From positions 6,141 through 70,140 of the forward strand of contig JBOGEV010000281.1 in assembly GCA_050742015.1 (NCBI GenBank): a DNA stretch of 64,000 nt, in the 5' to 3' direction. Source of the DNA: Acidimicrobiia bacterium. Lineage in GTDB: Bacteria; Actinomycetota; Acidimicrobiia; Spongiisociales; ZC4RG35. Made by a program: the position numbers and the translations under genes. Below the pieces are notes generated by a model that did not search any database, was not told the DNA's origin, and saw nothing but the letters and a program-made list of their open reading frames with translations. This document shows positions 16,910 to 25,457 of this stretch, piece by piece; the first letter of the stretch is position 1; each line of letters opens with the position of its first letter.

Positions 16910-19015
16910 TTACAGCAAAGAGCGAATGGTGCGGTTGGCTGCCGTGAGCTTCTCGGCGAGACGGGCTGCGATCAGTCGTTGCAGGGCGAGAGCCTGAACC
17001 GGGTCGCGCTCGCAGAACTCGACGAACCATTCCTCTGTGAAATGGCGCACGACACATTCGGTGTCGCACACCACGGTGGAGTTTGCCGGCTGGCCGGTGA
17101 GATGGCTCAACTCCCCGATCACAGAGCCGGGGAGGAGAACGGCCCGTCGATAGGCCATATCGTCATTGGCCGGGACCACGGAGGCCCGGCCCGACTCGAG
17201 GTAGAAGACACCGGCGCTCTGCTCCCCTTCGGTGATCATGAGGTCCCCTGCCGCCATCTCGATGGCGGGACAGGCTTCCCATTGCGAGTCGACGGCCGAT
17301 TCCGCGGTCAGGGCGAGTGGCTTCGCCCTGGATCCGAGGACCTCCTCCTCATATGTCTCCAGGGCGTGGTCGAGGTCGACTTCGTAGCGGATGAACCCAT
17401 GGTCGAGTGTGGGCTGGAGAGTGGCCTTCATCTCAGGGTCGGCACCACAGAAGGTCACCTCCAGTTGATGCTCCTCCGCCATGCGGCCGAGACGGTCGAA
17501 GGATGCCGCCACCGAGGAGTCCATCCCGGTGACCCGTCGAAAGTCGAGGATCACCACGGCAATGTGGGGCTCGAGCCGCAAACCCTCCCGAACCGATTTC
17601 ACGAGCTGTTCTGCGCTGCCAAAGAACAGGAACCCCTGGAGCTCCATGACGACCGCGCGATCGCCCCGTTCGACGAGGGTGGCTTCGTCGGCGGCGTTGC
17701 GCTGGACGTTGCTGCGCCGCACCCGTGCCGTGGTCACCGCCCTCACCGCCGGCGTCTTGCTGTAGCGGAACACGAAGAGGACGGTGGCGGCAACGACCCC
17801 GAGACCGACTCCCTGGATGAAACCGAACACCGCCACCGCGGCGACGATCCCGATGATCACCGCGTGTTCCACAAGACCAACCCGATGGCGGATGTCCCAG
17901 ACCCAGGAGAGAAGGAAGTCGAGGCCGATGCCGAGGAGCAGCCCACCCGGGATGAAGACCGGCAGCAAGCTGACCACGTCGGCTCCCACCGCGAGCACGA
18001 CAGCTCCGATGACTGCGGCGATGAGGGGAGGAATCCGGCTGGCGCCACCGATCCGACGCCCGATCACAGTGTCGCCGAGGATCACATAGCCGGGCAGTCC
18101 CGCGAACGGCGCAGCCAACATCAGGCCGGCCCCGGTCGACAAGAGCTCACGGTCCACGTCGATGTCGACCTTGAACGTGTGCTCGAGGGCCCCGGTGTTC
18201 AGGAGTAGGCCCAATGGGACCAGCATCGCCATCACGACGACGGCGGGAAGCTGTCCGAAGACCGCCCCCCAGTCCGCCGACCACAACTCGGCTATGACGC
18301 CCAGGTCCGCCAGGCTGCCGGTCGGGAACGGCCCGAGGAGCAAACTCCGGGCCATGCCCTCGACCCGGTCGATGCCGGCGATGGCGGCCGCGACGTGGTA
18401 GCCGACGAAGCCGACGGCGAGGACAACCACCGAAGCCAGCGACGACCGACCGCCTCGACCGAGTGCGACCAGGAGCAAGGCGACCAGCAAGCCGGGCACC
18501 GTCCGGAGGCCCAGCTCTGCAGCCCCTCCACCGGCATCGATCAGGATGTCGGCGCCGGCGATTGTCAGCACGACACCGGTGCCCCCGAGAAAGCCCGCGA
18601 CCACTGGGAAGGGCACGTAGCGAACCAATCCCCCCAATCGGAAGTGGCCCATGACCAGCAGAAGGGCGCCGGTGAACGCAGTGGTGAGGATGATGAACGC
18701 CGCCAGCGTCGCCATGGGCTCCTCGGCCGTGGCGACCAGACCGACCGCAGCAGCTCCGATGATCACAGTCGGGGCATCCTGAACACCGGCGGCCAGCCCG
18801 CGGAATGAGCTGGTGAGCGCGGTGACAGCGGCAAGGACTACGAAGCTGGCCAGGGCCCACCCGGCGCCACGCCCCAACTCCGGCGCCAGGTCTCCATAGA
18901 ACACGAGAGTGGCGAAGGAGAGCGCCAGCGACACCCCCATCGCCCCCAGCACGAGCCCGGCAGCGAGTCGACGCGGGAAGGCAGCCCGGAACGAAACCCC
19001 TGCTCCTGTGGTCAT
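16910..19015 (-). CDS. SulP/SLC26-family anion transporter with C-terminal STAS and cyclic-nucleotide-binding-like domains
   Basis: ORF 16910..19087; I tentatively placed the start at ATG 19015 (MTTGAGVSF). It has a polytopic core, a STAS-like region (VVILDFRRVTGMDSSVAASFDRL) and a CNB-like region (MITEGEQSAGVFYLESGRASV...VIGELSHLTGQPANSTVV). Confidence 0.85.
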   Translation of the reverse strand: MTTGAGVSFRAAFPRRLAAGLVLGAMGVSLALSFATLVFYGDLAPELGRGAGWALASFVVLAAVTALTSSFRGLAAGVQDAPTVIIGAAAVGLVATAEEPMATLAAFIILTTAFTGALLLVMGHFRLGGLVRYVPFPVVAGFLGGTGVVLTIAGADILIDAGGGAAELGLRTVPGLLVALLLVALGRGGRSSLASVVVLAVGFVGYHVAAAIAGIDRVEGMARSLLLGPFPTGSLADLGVIAELWSADWGAVFGQLPAVVVMAMLVPLGLLLNTGALEHTFKVDIDVDRELLSTGAGLMLAAPFAGLPGYVILGDTVIGRRIGGASRIPPLIAAVIGAVVLAVGADVVSLLPVFIPGGLLLGIGLDFLLSWVWDIRHRVGLVEHAVIIGIVAAVAVFGFIQGVGLGVVAATVLFVFRYSKTPAVRAVTTARVRRSNVQRNAADEATLVERGDRAVVMELQGFLFFGSAEQLVKSVREGLRLEPHIAVVILDFRRVTGMDSSVAASFDRLGRMAEEHQLEVTFCGADPEMKATLQPTLDHGFIRYEVDLDHALETYEEEVLGSRAKPLALTAESAVDSQWEACPAIEMAAGDLMITEGEQSAGVFYLESGRASVVPANDDMAYRRAVLLPGSVIGELSHLTGQPANSTVVCDTECVVRHFTEEWFVEFCERDPVQALALQRLIAARLAEKLTAANRTIRSLL

Positions 19016-19230
19016 CGGGGCAACAGTATCCCGAGCGGTCGGCGACCCCGGGCCGCACCGTCTTTGGCGAGCCGGGGCCGGTGCCATCCGTCACCGGTCC
19101 GGTCATCAGGGACTAGTCATAACGAGCGTGTCTCCAAAGGGTCCTTTAACCATCGCTGACTGTGCCCGAAGATATCGCTCAGAACGTGCCTCGGTGCGTG
19201 GGGTTGGGGGCAGCAGGGAGGCCAGATCGG

Positions 19231-19254
19231 AAGAGGACCCGAAAGGGTCCTCTT
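19231..19254 (-). terminator. Perfect 10-bp stem / tetraloop hairpin downstream of the M23 peptidase operon
   Basis: AAGAGGACCCgaaaGGGTCCTCTT lies 38 nt beyond the minus-strand stop (19292-19294). There is no U-tail. Confidence 0.5.
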
Positions 19255-19291
19255 TCGGCGTCTCAGGGGACCTTTGCGTTTCGCCGGTCGG

Positions 19292-20455
19292 TCAGCAGAT
19301 GGAGCGCACCAGCGGATAAGGGTTGACCGCTCCACCACCCCCCGGGTGGTACTCGAAGTGGAGATGGGGAAGGAAATCGGGGGCATTCCCCGAAGACCCG
19401 TTGTACCCGATGACCTCGCCCTCGGCCACGCTCTGCCCGGCGCTGATCTCGGCGTAACTCTCCAGGTGGGCGTAGAAGAATGTGTCGCCGTTGTCCGAGC
19501 GGAGCCAGATGGCGAGACCACTCAGGTTGCCACTGCTCAGACGCTGGATCGTGCCGGAGTAGATCGCAACCAGCGGCGTGTTCCTTGCCGCGATCATGTC
19601 GACCCCCTGGTGGGCCCGGCCCCCAGACCTCGAGTCACCCCACGAGTCGGAGAAGGACACCGCACCGGCGACCGGGCAGGTCCCGCCGCCGCCTCCCGGA
19701 GGTGGAGGCGGTGCAGGTGGGGCGGTTGTGGCGGACCCTTCGGGAGCGGTCGTCGTGGTGGCATCGTCCGAGCCGCCATCGGTTGTTGTCGCGGTAGCGG
19801 GAGCCGTGGTGGTCGTTGCGTTGCGCGCCGCCTCCTCCGCCGCTCGACGACGAGCCTCCTCCTCGGCCCGTCTCCGGGCCTCCTCCTCGGCAGCCCTCCT
19901 TGCAACCAGCCCGTCGTATACGGCCTGGGCTTCGACCAGACGGCCCTGGAGCTCGGCGGCCTGATCCTCCAACTGCGCAGTCAGGACCTCTTGCTCGGCC
20001 GAGGCCTCGGCGAGGCGGACGGTTTGACGGTCCAGTTCGGTGCGAAACGAGCGAAGCTGGTTGACGACGTCGGCGTCGACCCCGGTCACGTTCCTGAGAT
20101 ACTCACGGCCCGCCCCATAGCTCTCCTCACTGGCCGAGAACAGCACTCGCATCGAGCTCGCCGTAGACGAGCCCATATACAGCTCGACCGCCACGTCCTC
20201 CAGTTTCTTCTCGGTTTCGGCGATCTGGACCCGGGCCAGTTCGATGGAGGCACCGAGGTCGGAGATCTCCTTGTCCAATGCGAACTGGCGGGCCCAGGCT
20301 GCCTGGACTTCGTCCCCCAGGGCCTGGGAATCGGCCATCACCTGGTTCACCTCTCGTCGGGCGCGGTCGATGTCCTCGTCGGTGACCTGGGCCAGGGCCG
20401 GAACGGCCAGAGCCATGACGAGTAGGGCCAACAGAGTCCTGGCGAAGCGTGTCAC
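19292..20455 (-). CDS. Secreted M23 family metallopeptidase (peptidoglycan endopeptidase-like) with an N-terminal coiled coil and Thr/Pro linker
   Basis: ORF of 387 aa. Signal peptide: [22 protein letters not shown]. It has a heptad-like Glu/Ala/Arg-rich region. The HQGVD and HLHFE motifs form the M23 HxxxD/HxH zinc site. Confidence 0.9.
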   Translation of the reverse strand: MTRFARTLLALLVMALAVPALAQVTDEDIDRARREVNQVMADSQALGDEVQAAWARQFALDKEISDLGASIELARVQIAETEKKLEDVAVELYMGSSTASSMRVLFSASEESYGAGREYLRNVTGVDADVVNQLRSFRTELDRQTVRLAEASAEQEVLTAQLEDQAAELQGRLVEAQAVYDGLVARRAAEEEARRRAEEEARRRAAEEAARNATTTTAPATATTTDGGSDDATTTTAPEGSATTAPPAPPPPPGGGGGTCPVAGAVSFSDSWGDSRSGGRAHQGVDMIAARNTPLVAIYSGTIQRLSSGNLSGLAIWLRSDNGDTFFYAHLESYAEISAGQSVAEGEVIGYNGSSGNAPDFLPHLHFEYHPGGGGAVNPYPLVRSIC

Positions 20456-21225
20456 GGGGAGTTGGAGGGCAGTATGACGAAGTCGCGCCCGTTAGAGGCT
20501 ATTCGCCCCTGTTCGATCAACAATGTCACGTGCGCCGTCACCGATCGGGCGGCGAGGGGGTGGAGGGCCCGGTCGACATCGCGATAGACGATCTCGACGA
20601 TGTCTTCGGTCGTGCCGGCTCCGGCCCGTATCGCGTCGACGATCTCCTCATGACGTTGCAGACGATGGGCCAGGTACCAATCGATCACCTGATCAGGATG
20701 GTCCATTTCCTCCCCGTGCCCGGGGTGAAGCCGGGTCAACCCGATCCCCCGGAGCTTGGTCAGAGAGTCGAGGTATCTGCCCATGTCCTCCACCATCACC
20801 GAGGATCCGCCCATGATGTGGTCGCCGGTGAAGAGCACGTCGCCGACCCGGAAACAAAGATGGTCGTCGGCATGGCCCGGAGTGTGGATCACCTGGAGCC
20901 GGGCTCCTCCGATTCCCAGGGCCGACTCCTGGCGAAGCTCGAGGTCGGGCTCGAAGTCCGGCCCCGGGGCGTAGCCGAAGGCGGGGACCCCGAGGTCCCG
21001 GGCCAGCGGGTTGGCCAAAGGGGCATGATCGGGGTGGGTGTGGGTGACCAGGACCCCCACCGGGATCTTCCCCGCGACCACCTCCAAGATCCGGTCCTCG
21101 TGAGCCTGGTCCACGGGACCGGGATCGATCACGACCACCGCGTCGTCCTGCTCGACGAGCCAGGTGTTGGTCCCGGGCCCGGTGAACGGGCCCGGGTTGT
21201 TGGCCAGGATGCGCTGGATCTTCAT
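20452..21225 (-). CDS. MBL-fold metallo-hydrolase
   Basis: ORF 20452..21438. I placed the start at ATG 21225 ([24 protein letters not shown]), which overlaps the NUDIX stop (ATGA). It has the [13 protein letters not shown] HxHxDH motif. Its stop overlaps the M23 start. Confidence 0.85.
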   Translation of the reverse strand: MKIQRILANNPGPFTGPGTNTWLVEQDDAVVVIDPGPVDQAHEDRILEVVAGKIPVGVLVTHTHPDHAPLANPLARDLGVPAFGYAPGPDFEPDLELRQESALGIGGARLQVIHTPGHADDHLCFRVGDVLFTGDHIMGGSSVMVEDMGRYLDSLTKLRGIGLTRLHPGHGEEMDHPDQVIDWYLAHRLQRHEEIVDAIRAGAGTTEDIVEIVYRDVDRALHPLAARSVTAHVTLLIEQGRIASNGRDFVILPSNSP

Positions 21226-21920
21226 CAGATGTCCGAGGGGAGATGGATCGGCATCAGGCTCCCGTCGCCCATGCGTCTGGGCTGGACGAGCGAGCGCCCG
21301 TCGGCACCCTGGGCGGCGGAAATGGCCTCGGCCGTGTCGACACGGCGGTCGAGCCAACGGAGGTGGGAGATGGTGGGGAGGAACATCTCGAGGTCCCCGG
21401 CGGCTTGCATGCCCAATGCCGCCGCCGGAGTAGTCCACATGTGGTCCACGAGCTCGTCCTGGTCGAGACGGATCTCGGGCGTCTCCGTGGGCACGCCGGC
21501 CATGTAGAAACGGGTGTCGAAGCGGGTCGGAGCTCCCTCCGGTGTCACCCAGCGGGAGACGAAGGTCAGACCCGACCCATTCAGCTGGTCGCCCGACGCG
21601 GCGAGGGAGTGGAGCAAATCGGCGCCCCGGCCGACAGGTGCCGGTGCCACACCGTCGACGGTCAGGGCGAGACCCGTCTCCTCGGCCAGCTCCCGGAGAG
21701 CAGCGGCCCGGTACTCCCGGTCCGGACCGTCACCGACAACGACCGAGGCGGCCAGGTCGGACCCGTCAACGGGGTCGACTGCCCCACCGGGGAACACGGT
21801 GAGGCCACCAAAGAAGCCACGGGCATGGCGGCGCACGGTCAGCACCTCCAACCCTTCGTTGCCGTCCCGGATGAGCATCACGGTGGCGGCGGGGCGGGCC
21901 TCCGCTTCGGGTGCCTTCAT
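21225..21920 (-). CDS. NUDIX hydrolase
   Basis: ORF of 231 aa. GGAVDP...REYRAAALRELAEETGL is a Nudix box (REx2EExGU). Confidence 0.8.
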   Translation of the reverse strand: MKAPEAEARPAATVMLIRDGNEGLEVLTVRRHARGFFGGLTVFPGGAVDPVDGSDLAASVVVGDGPDREYRAAALRELAEETGLALTVDGVAPAPVGRGADLLHSLAASGDQLNGSGLTFVSRWVTPEGAPTRFDTRFYMAGVPTETPEIRLDQDELVDHMWTTPAAALGMQAAGDLEMFLPTISHLRWLDRRVDTAEAISAAQGADGRSLVQPRRMGDGSLMPIHLPSDI

Positions 21921-22015
21921 CCCGGCATCCTACGAAAGCGGGTCAAGTCCCACCATGTCCGTCGGGCCGCCCACTCGGTTGGCTGCACCCAGGCATGACC
22001 TGGCAGACTTGACCG

Positions 22016-23359
22016 GTGGCCGAGACCACCAACCCATACCGTGATCTGCCTCCGGTCGACACTCTCGTCGCCTCCCTGGAAGAGGCGGGAGTCCCCCGTC
22101 CCCTGCTCATCCAGAGCGCCCGATCGGCATTGGACCTGGCACGGGCGGAGATCGCCGGCGGCGGCATTCCCGACGTAGCGCAGATCTTCTCCGACCTGGT
22201 CCGCGGCCTGCAAAGCTCCGCCAGCCACAAGGTGATAAACGCCACCGGGGTGCTGCTCCACACCAATCTCGGCCGGGCCCCTCTATCGGCGGGCGCGGCG
22301 GAAGCTGCGCGCCAGGCGGCCCTTGCCTACACCAATCTCGAGCTCGAGGCCGAGGGTGGGCGCGGGGGCCGGGGTCGGTACGTGCGGGAGCTCCTGCGGG
22401 CTCTGACCGGGGCGGAGGATGCCCTGGTGGTGAACAACAACGCTGCAGCCGTTCTCCTCGCCCTGGCCGCCACGTCGGCGGGAAAAGCGGTACCGGTGGC
22501 CCGTGGCGAGTTGATCGAGATCGGCGGCTCCTACAGGCTCCCCCTGGTCATGGAGGCCGGTGGGGCCAGGTTGGTAGAGGTGGGCACCACCAATCGCACC
22601 CGCGGAGGGGACTTCGTCACCGCCTTGCAGATCCACGACTGCGGAGCGGTGCTCAAAGTTCATCCCTCGAACTTCCGGGTGGAAGGATTCGTCGCCGAGG
22701 TCCAGGTCGGGGAGCTGGCGACCCTGGCCCACGAGCATGGGGTTCCACTCATCCACGACCTCGGCTCGGGCCTGATCGACGCCGAAGCCTCCTGGCTCGG
22801 GACCGAGCCGCCAGGCTGGCTCTCCGGCGAGCCGGGTGCCCGTCAGTCGGTCGAGGCCGGCGCCGACCTGGTGATGTTCAGTGGTGACAAGCTGCTCGGC
22901 GGCCCGCAGGCCGGGATCGTCGTCGGAAAGACCGAGGCGGTGGATCGTCTCCGTGCACATCCTCTGGCCCGGGCGTTGCGGGTCGACGCCATGACCGACG
23001 CCGCCCTGGGCGCCACCCTGGAGGAGTACGCCGACGGTGACGCGCGCCGGATTCCCTTCTGGCGCATGGCGACCGCCGGAGAGGACGAGTTGCGGCCTCG
23101 GGTAGAGGACCTCGCTCGACGGATCGGGGGAGCGGTCCGCTCCGGCGAGTCGGTGCTTGGCGCCGGGAGCTTGCCCGGAGTGGGCATCCCGACACCGCAG
23201 ATCACGCTCGAGGGTGAGGATCATCTCTTTGGCCGGCTCATCTCGGCCCTGCACCCGGTCCTGGCCCGGCGCCTGGACAAGGACCTGCTCATCGACCTGC
23301 GAGCAGTCGCCGAGGAGGACGACGACCTGATCGCCGACATGGTGGCCAGTTGCCGCTGA
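22016..23359 (+). CDS. selA: L-seryl-tRNA(Sec) selenium transferase
   Basis: ORF of 447 aa. INATGVLLHTNLGRAPLS ... FSGDKLLGGPQAGIVVGK (PLP-Lys motif) matches the SelA pattern. It overlaps selB by 10 nt. Confidence 0.9.
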   Translation: MAETTNPYRDLPPVDTLVASLEEAGVPRPLLIQSARSALDLARAEIAGGGIPDVAQIFSDLVRGLQSSASHKVINATGVLLHTNLGRAPLSAGAAEAARQAALAYTNLELEAEGGRGGRGRYVRELLRALTGAEDALVVNNNAAAVLLALAATSAGKAVPVARGELIEIGGSYRLPLVMEAGGARLVEVGTTNRTRGGDFVTALQIHDCGAVLKVHPSNFRVEGFVAEVQVGELATLAHEHGVPLIHDLGSGLIDAEASWLGTEPPGWLSGEPGARQSVEAGADLVMFSGDKLLGGPQAGIVVGKTEAVDRLRAHPLARALRVDAMTDAALGATLEEYADGDARRIPFWRMATAGEDELRPRVEDLARRIGGAVRSGESVLGAGSLPGVGIPTPQITLEGEDHLFGRLISALHPVLARRLDKDLLIDLRAVAEEDDDLIADMVASCR

Positions 23360-25104
23360 TCGGGACCGCCGGTCACGTCGATCATGGGAAGTCGGCGTTG
23401 GTGGCGGCGCTCACCGGCCGCGATCCGGACCGATGGGCGGAAGAGAAGCGTCGTGGCCTGACCATCGATCTCGGATTCGCCTGGACCACCCTCGATCCGG
23501 GCATCGAGGTCTCTTTCGTCGACGTTCCCGGTCACGAGCGGTATCTCAAGAACATGCTGGCCGGGATCGAGGCCATCGACGTCGCCTTGTTCGTGGTCGC
23601 GGCTGACGAGGGGTGGATGCCCCAGTCGGAAGAGCACCTCGCCGTCTTGGATCTCCTGGCCATCCACACCGGGGTGGTGGCACTGACCAAGATCGATCTC
23701 GTCGACGGGGAGATGGCCGACCTGGTCGGGGCCGACATCGCAGATCGTCTCGCCGGGACGAGCTTGCACACGGCGTTGATCGTCCCCGTCTCCTCGACCA
23801 CCGGCGAGGGCATCGACCAACTTCGGGCAACCCTCGCCTCTCTGGTCGCGGGGATCGACCATCCCGGCGAACGACCCCGTCTCTGGGTCGACAGGGCCTT
23901 CTCCGTCACCGGGGCCGGCACCGTCGTCACCGGGAGCCTGACCGAAGGCCCGATCGATGTCGGTGACACGCTCGAACTGTTCCCCGGGGGCAAGAAAGCC
24001 CGAGTAAGGGGGATGCAGAGCCATGAGACCGACCTGGAGCGTGCCGGGCCCGGGCGACGACTGGCCCTGAACCTGAGCGGCGTGGATCGGGCCGATCTGC
24101 CCCGGGGGACCATGCTGGGCCGACCGGGACAATGGCTGGCGACCCGCCGATTCAGCGCGCATCTGAAACTCGCCCGATACGTGGATGAGATGAGCACCCG
24201 TGGGGCCTTTCACATCCATGTCGGGAGTGGGGCCCATCAAGCGGCGATCAAGCGGCTGGAGGGCGGACGGGCACTCATCGAGACGCCGACTCCCCTTCCC
24301 CTCCGGAGTGGCGACCGGTTCATCATCCGCGAGACCGGGCGCCGTCAGGTGGTGGCCGGCGGGGTCGTTGTCGACCCTGCACCCGGGTCGGCGGCTCGAG
24401 CCATGGCTTCGGCCAAGGGGATCCACCCCGAGGCGGGGAGCAACGCAGTGGCGGCCGCCCTACTCGAGGAGCGCGGAATGGACAGCCTGATGCGGCTCGC
24501 CGCGCAGACCGGGGGCGGGAGACCGGCGGACGCCTTTGTCGTCGGCGACATCGCCGTGACCCGGACGAAATTCGACGAGCTCATGGCGTCGGCCGTGGAC
24601 GAAGTCGCCCGCCACCACACCGAGCACCCTCTCCGCCCCGGTATGTCCCTGGCCACCCTGGCAACCACGCTCGATATCCCGGCCGAGCTGGCCGAGAGCC
24701 TGATCGAGCGGAACGATCGGCTCCTACGTGTCGGCCCTGACGTGGCCAGCGCGGGCCACCGTCTGGAGCTGGGGACCGAGGGCCGGGAGAGGTGGGAAGC
24801 CGCGGAAGCGATCCTCGAGGAGAGCCTCCTCGTCCCCACGGTGGGCGAGCTCGGCCTCGATCAAGAGCTGGTCCATCTCTTGGTGCGCACCGGGGAGTTG
24901 GTGCGGGTCTCGGACGACCTGGTCTTCCTGCCGGAGCAAATCGCCCAGATCACACTCATGCTCGGCGAATTGGCCGCCCCGTTCACGGTGGCCGACTTCC
25001 GCGATCACACCGGGTTGACCCGGAAGTATGCGGTTCCGCTGCTGGAGTGGGCGGATAGAGAAGGGCTCACCATCCGGCAGGGCGATCATCGCCGCCTTCG
25101 GTGA
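23350..25104 (+). CDS. selB: Selenocysteine-specific translation elongation factor
   Basis: ORF of 584 aa, TTG start. The G domain has IGTAGHVDHGKSALV, DVPGHERY and LTKIDL. The long C-terminal winged-helix region ends in YAVPLLEWADREGLTIRQGDHR, typical of the SECIS-binding part of SelB. Confidence 0.9.
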   Translation: MPLIGTAGHVDHGKSALVAALTGRDPDRWAEEKRRGLTIDLGFAWTTLDPGIEVSFVDVPGHERYLKNMLAGIEAIDVALFVVAADEGWMPQSEEHLAVLDLLAIHTGVVALTKIDLVDGEMADLVGADIADRLAGTSLHTALIVPVSSTTGEGIDQLRATLASLVAGIDHPGERPRLWVDRAFSVTGAGTVVTGSLTEGPIDVGDTLELFPGGKKARVRGMQSHETDLERAGPGRRLALNLSGVDRADLPRGTMLGRPGQWLATRRFSAHLKLARYVDEMSTRGAFHIHVGSGAHQAAIKRLEGGRALIETPTPLPLRSGDRFIIRETGRRQVVAGGVVVDPAPGSAARAMASAKGIHPEAGSNAVAAALLEERGMDSLMRLAAQTGGGRPADAFVVGDIAVTRTKFDELMASAVDEVARHHTEHPLRPGMSLATLATTLDIPAELAESLIERNDRLLRVGPDVASAGHRLELGTEGRERWEAAEAILEESLLVPTVGELGLDQELVHLLVRTGELVRVSDDLVFLPEQIAQITLMLGELAAPFTVADFRDHTGLTRKYAVPLLEWADREGLTIRQGDHRRLR

Positions 25105-25128
25105 GCCCGTTTCCGGCATTGCCGATGG

Positions 25129-25377
25129 TCAGCCGACCAAGGGCATGCTCCTTCTCTCCATTTCGGTGAGACCTCCCCAGATACCGAAAGGCTCCCTGAT
25201 CTGAAGGGCATGTGTGGTGCATGGCACCCGCACAGGACACACCCCGCAGATCGCTTTGGCCTTCATCTCCCTGCGCTCCCGCTCGTCCTTGCGCTCGAAC
25301 GTCGAAGGCGGAAAGAAGAGGTAGGCATGGCTCCCCCGACACAGCGCGTCGAGCTGCCAATCGTCCATGCTGGACAA
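25129..25377 (-). CDS. WhiB-family [4Fe-4S] transcription factor
   Basis: ORF of 82 aa. It has four Cys (C13...CGVCPVRVPC) and GIWGG followed by a basic tail. Confidence 0.9.
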   Translation of the reverse strand: MSSMDDWQLDALCRGSHAYLFFPPSTFERKDERERREMKAKAICGVCPVRVPCTTHALQIREPFGIWGGLTEMERRSMPLVG

Positions 25378-25457
25378 ACTGACTCCTCCCTGTCTAGCGA
25401 CAACCGGGAGCGAACCTACTCAGGGCAATCGCCGGCGGCAAGGAAGAAAGTGGCAAT

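Noticed and set aside
4969-19015. The idea that the cyclase/STAND protein, the giant secreted protein and the cNMP-domain SulP transporter form a dedicated cAMP-controlled or defence-like (STAND) system
   Set aside because: Only adjacency supports it. The transporter is convergent, its CNB cassette lacks the phosphate-binding Arg, and no nuclease or other effector typical of STAND defence systems is present. I kept it only as a caveat within the SulP finding.
21921-22015. Possible tRNA-Sec (selC) next to selA; the 74-nt span bounded by the 9-bp inverted repeat has tRNA-like length
   Set aside because: There is no UCA anticodon in a 7-nt loop with U33/A37 on either strand. The only 7-nt loop option reads GUCAUGC (CAU). 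There is no T-loop (TTCRA) or D-loop GG. Stem lengths do not fit the 8/5 or 9/4 Sec model. The gap after selB (25105-25128) is too short.
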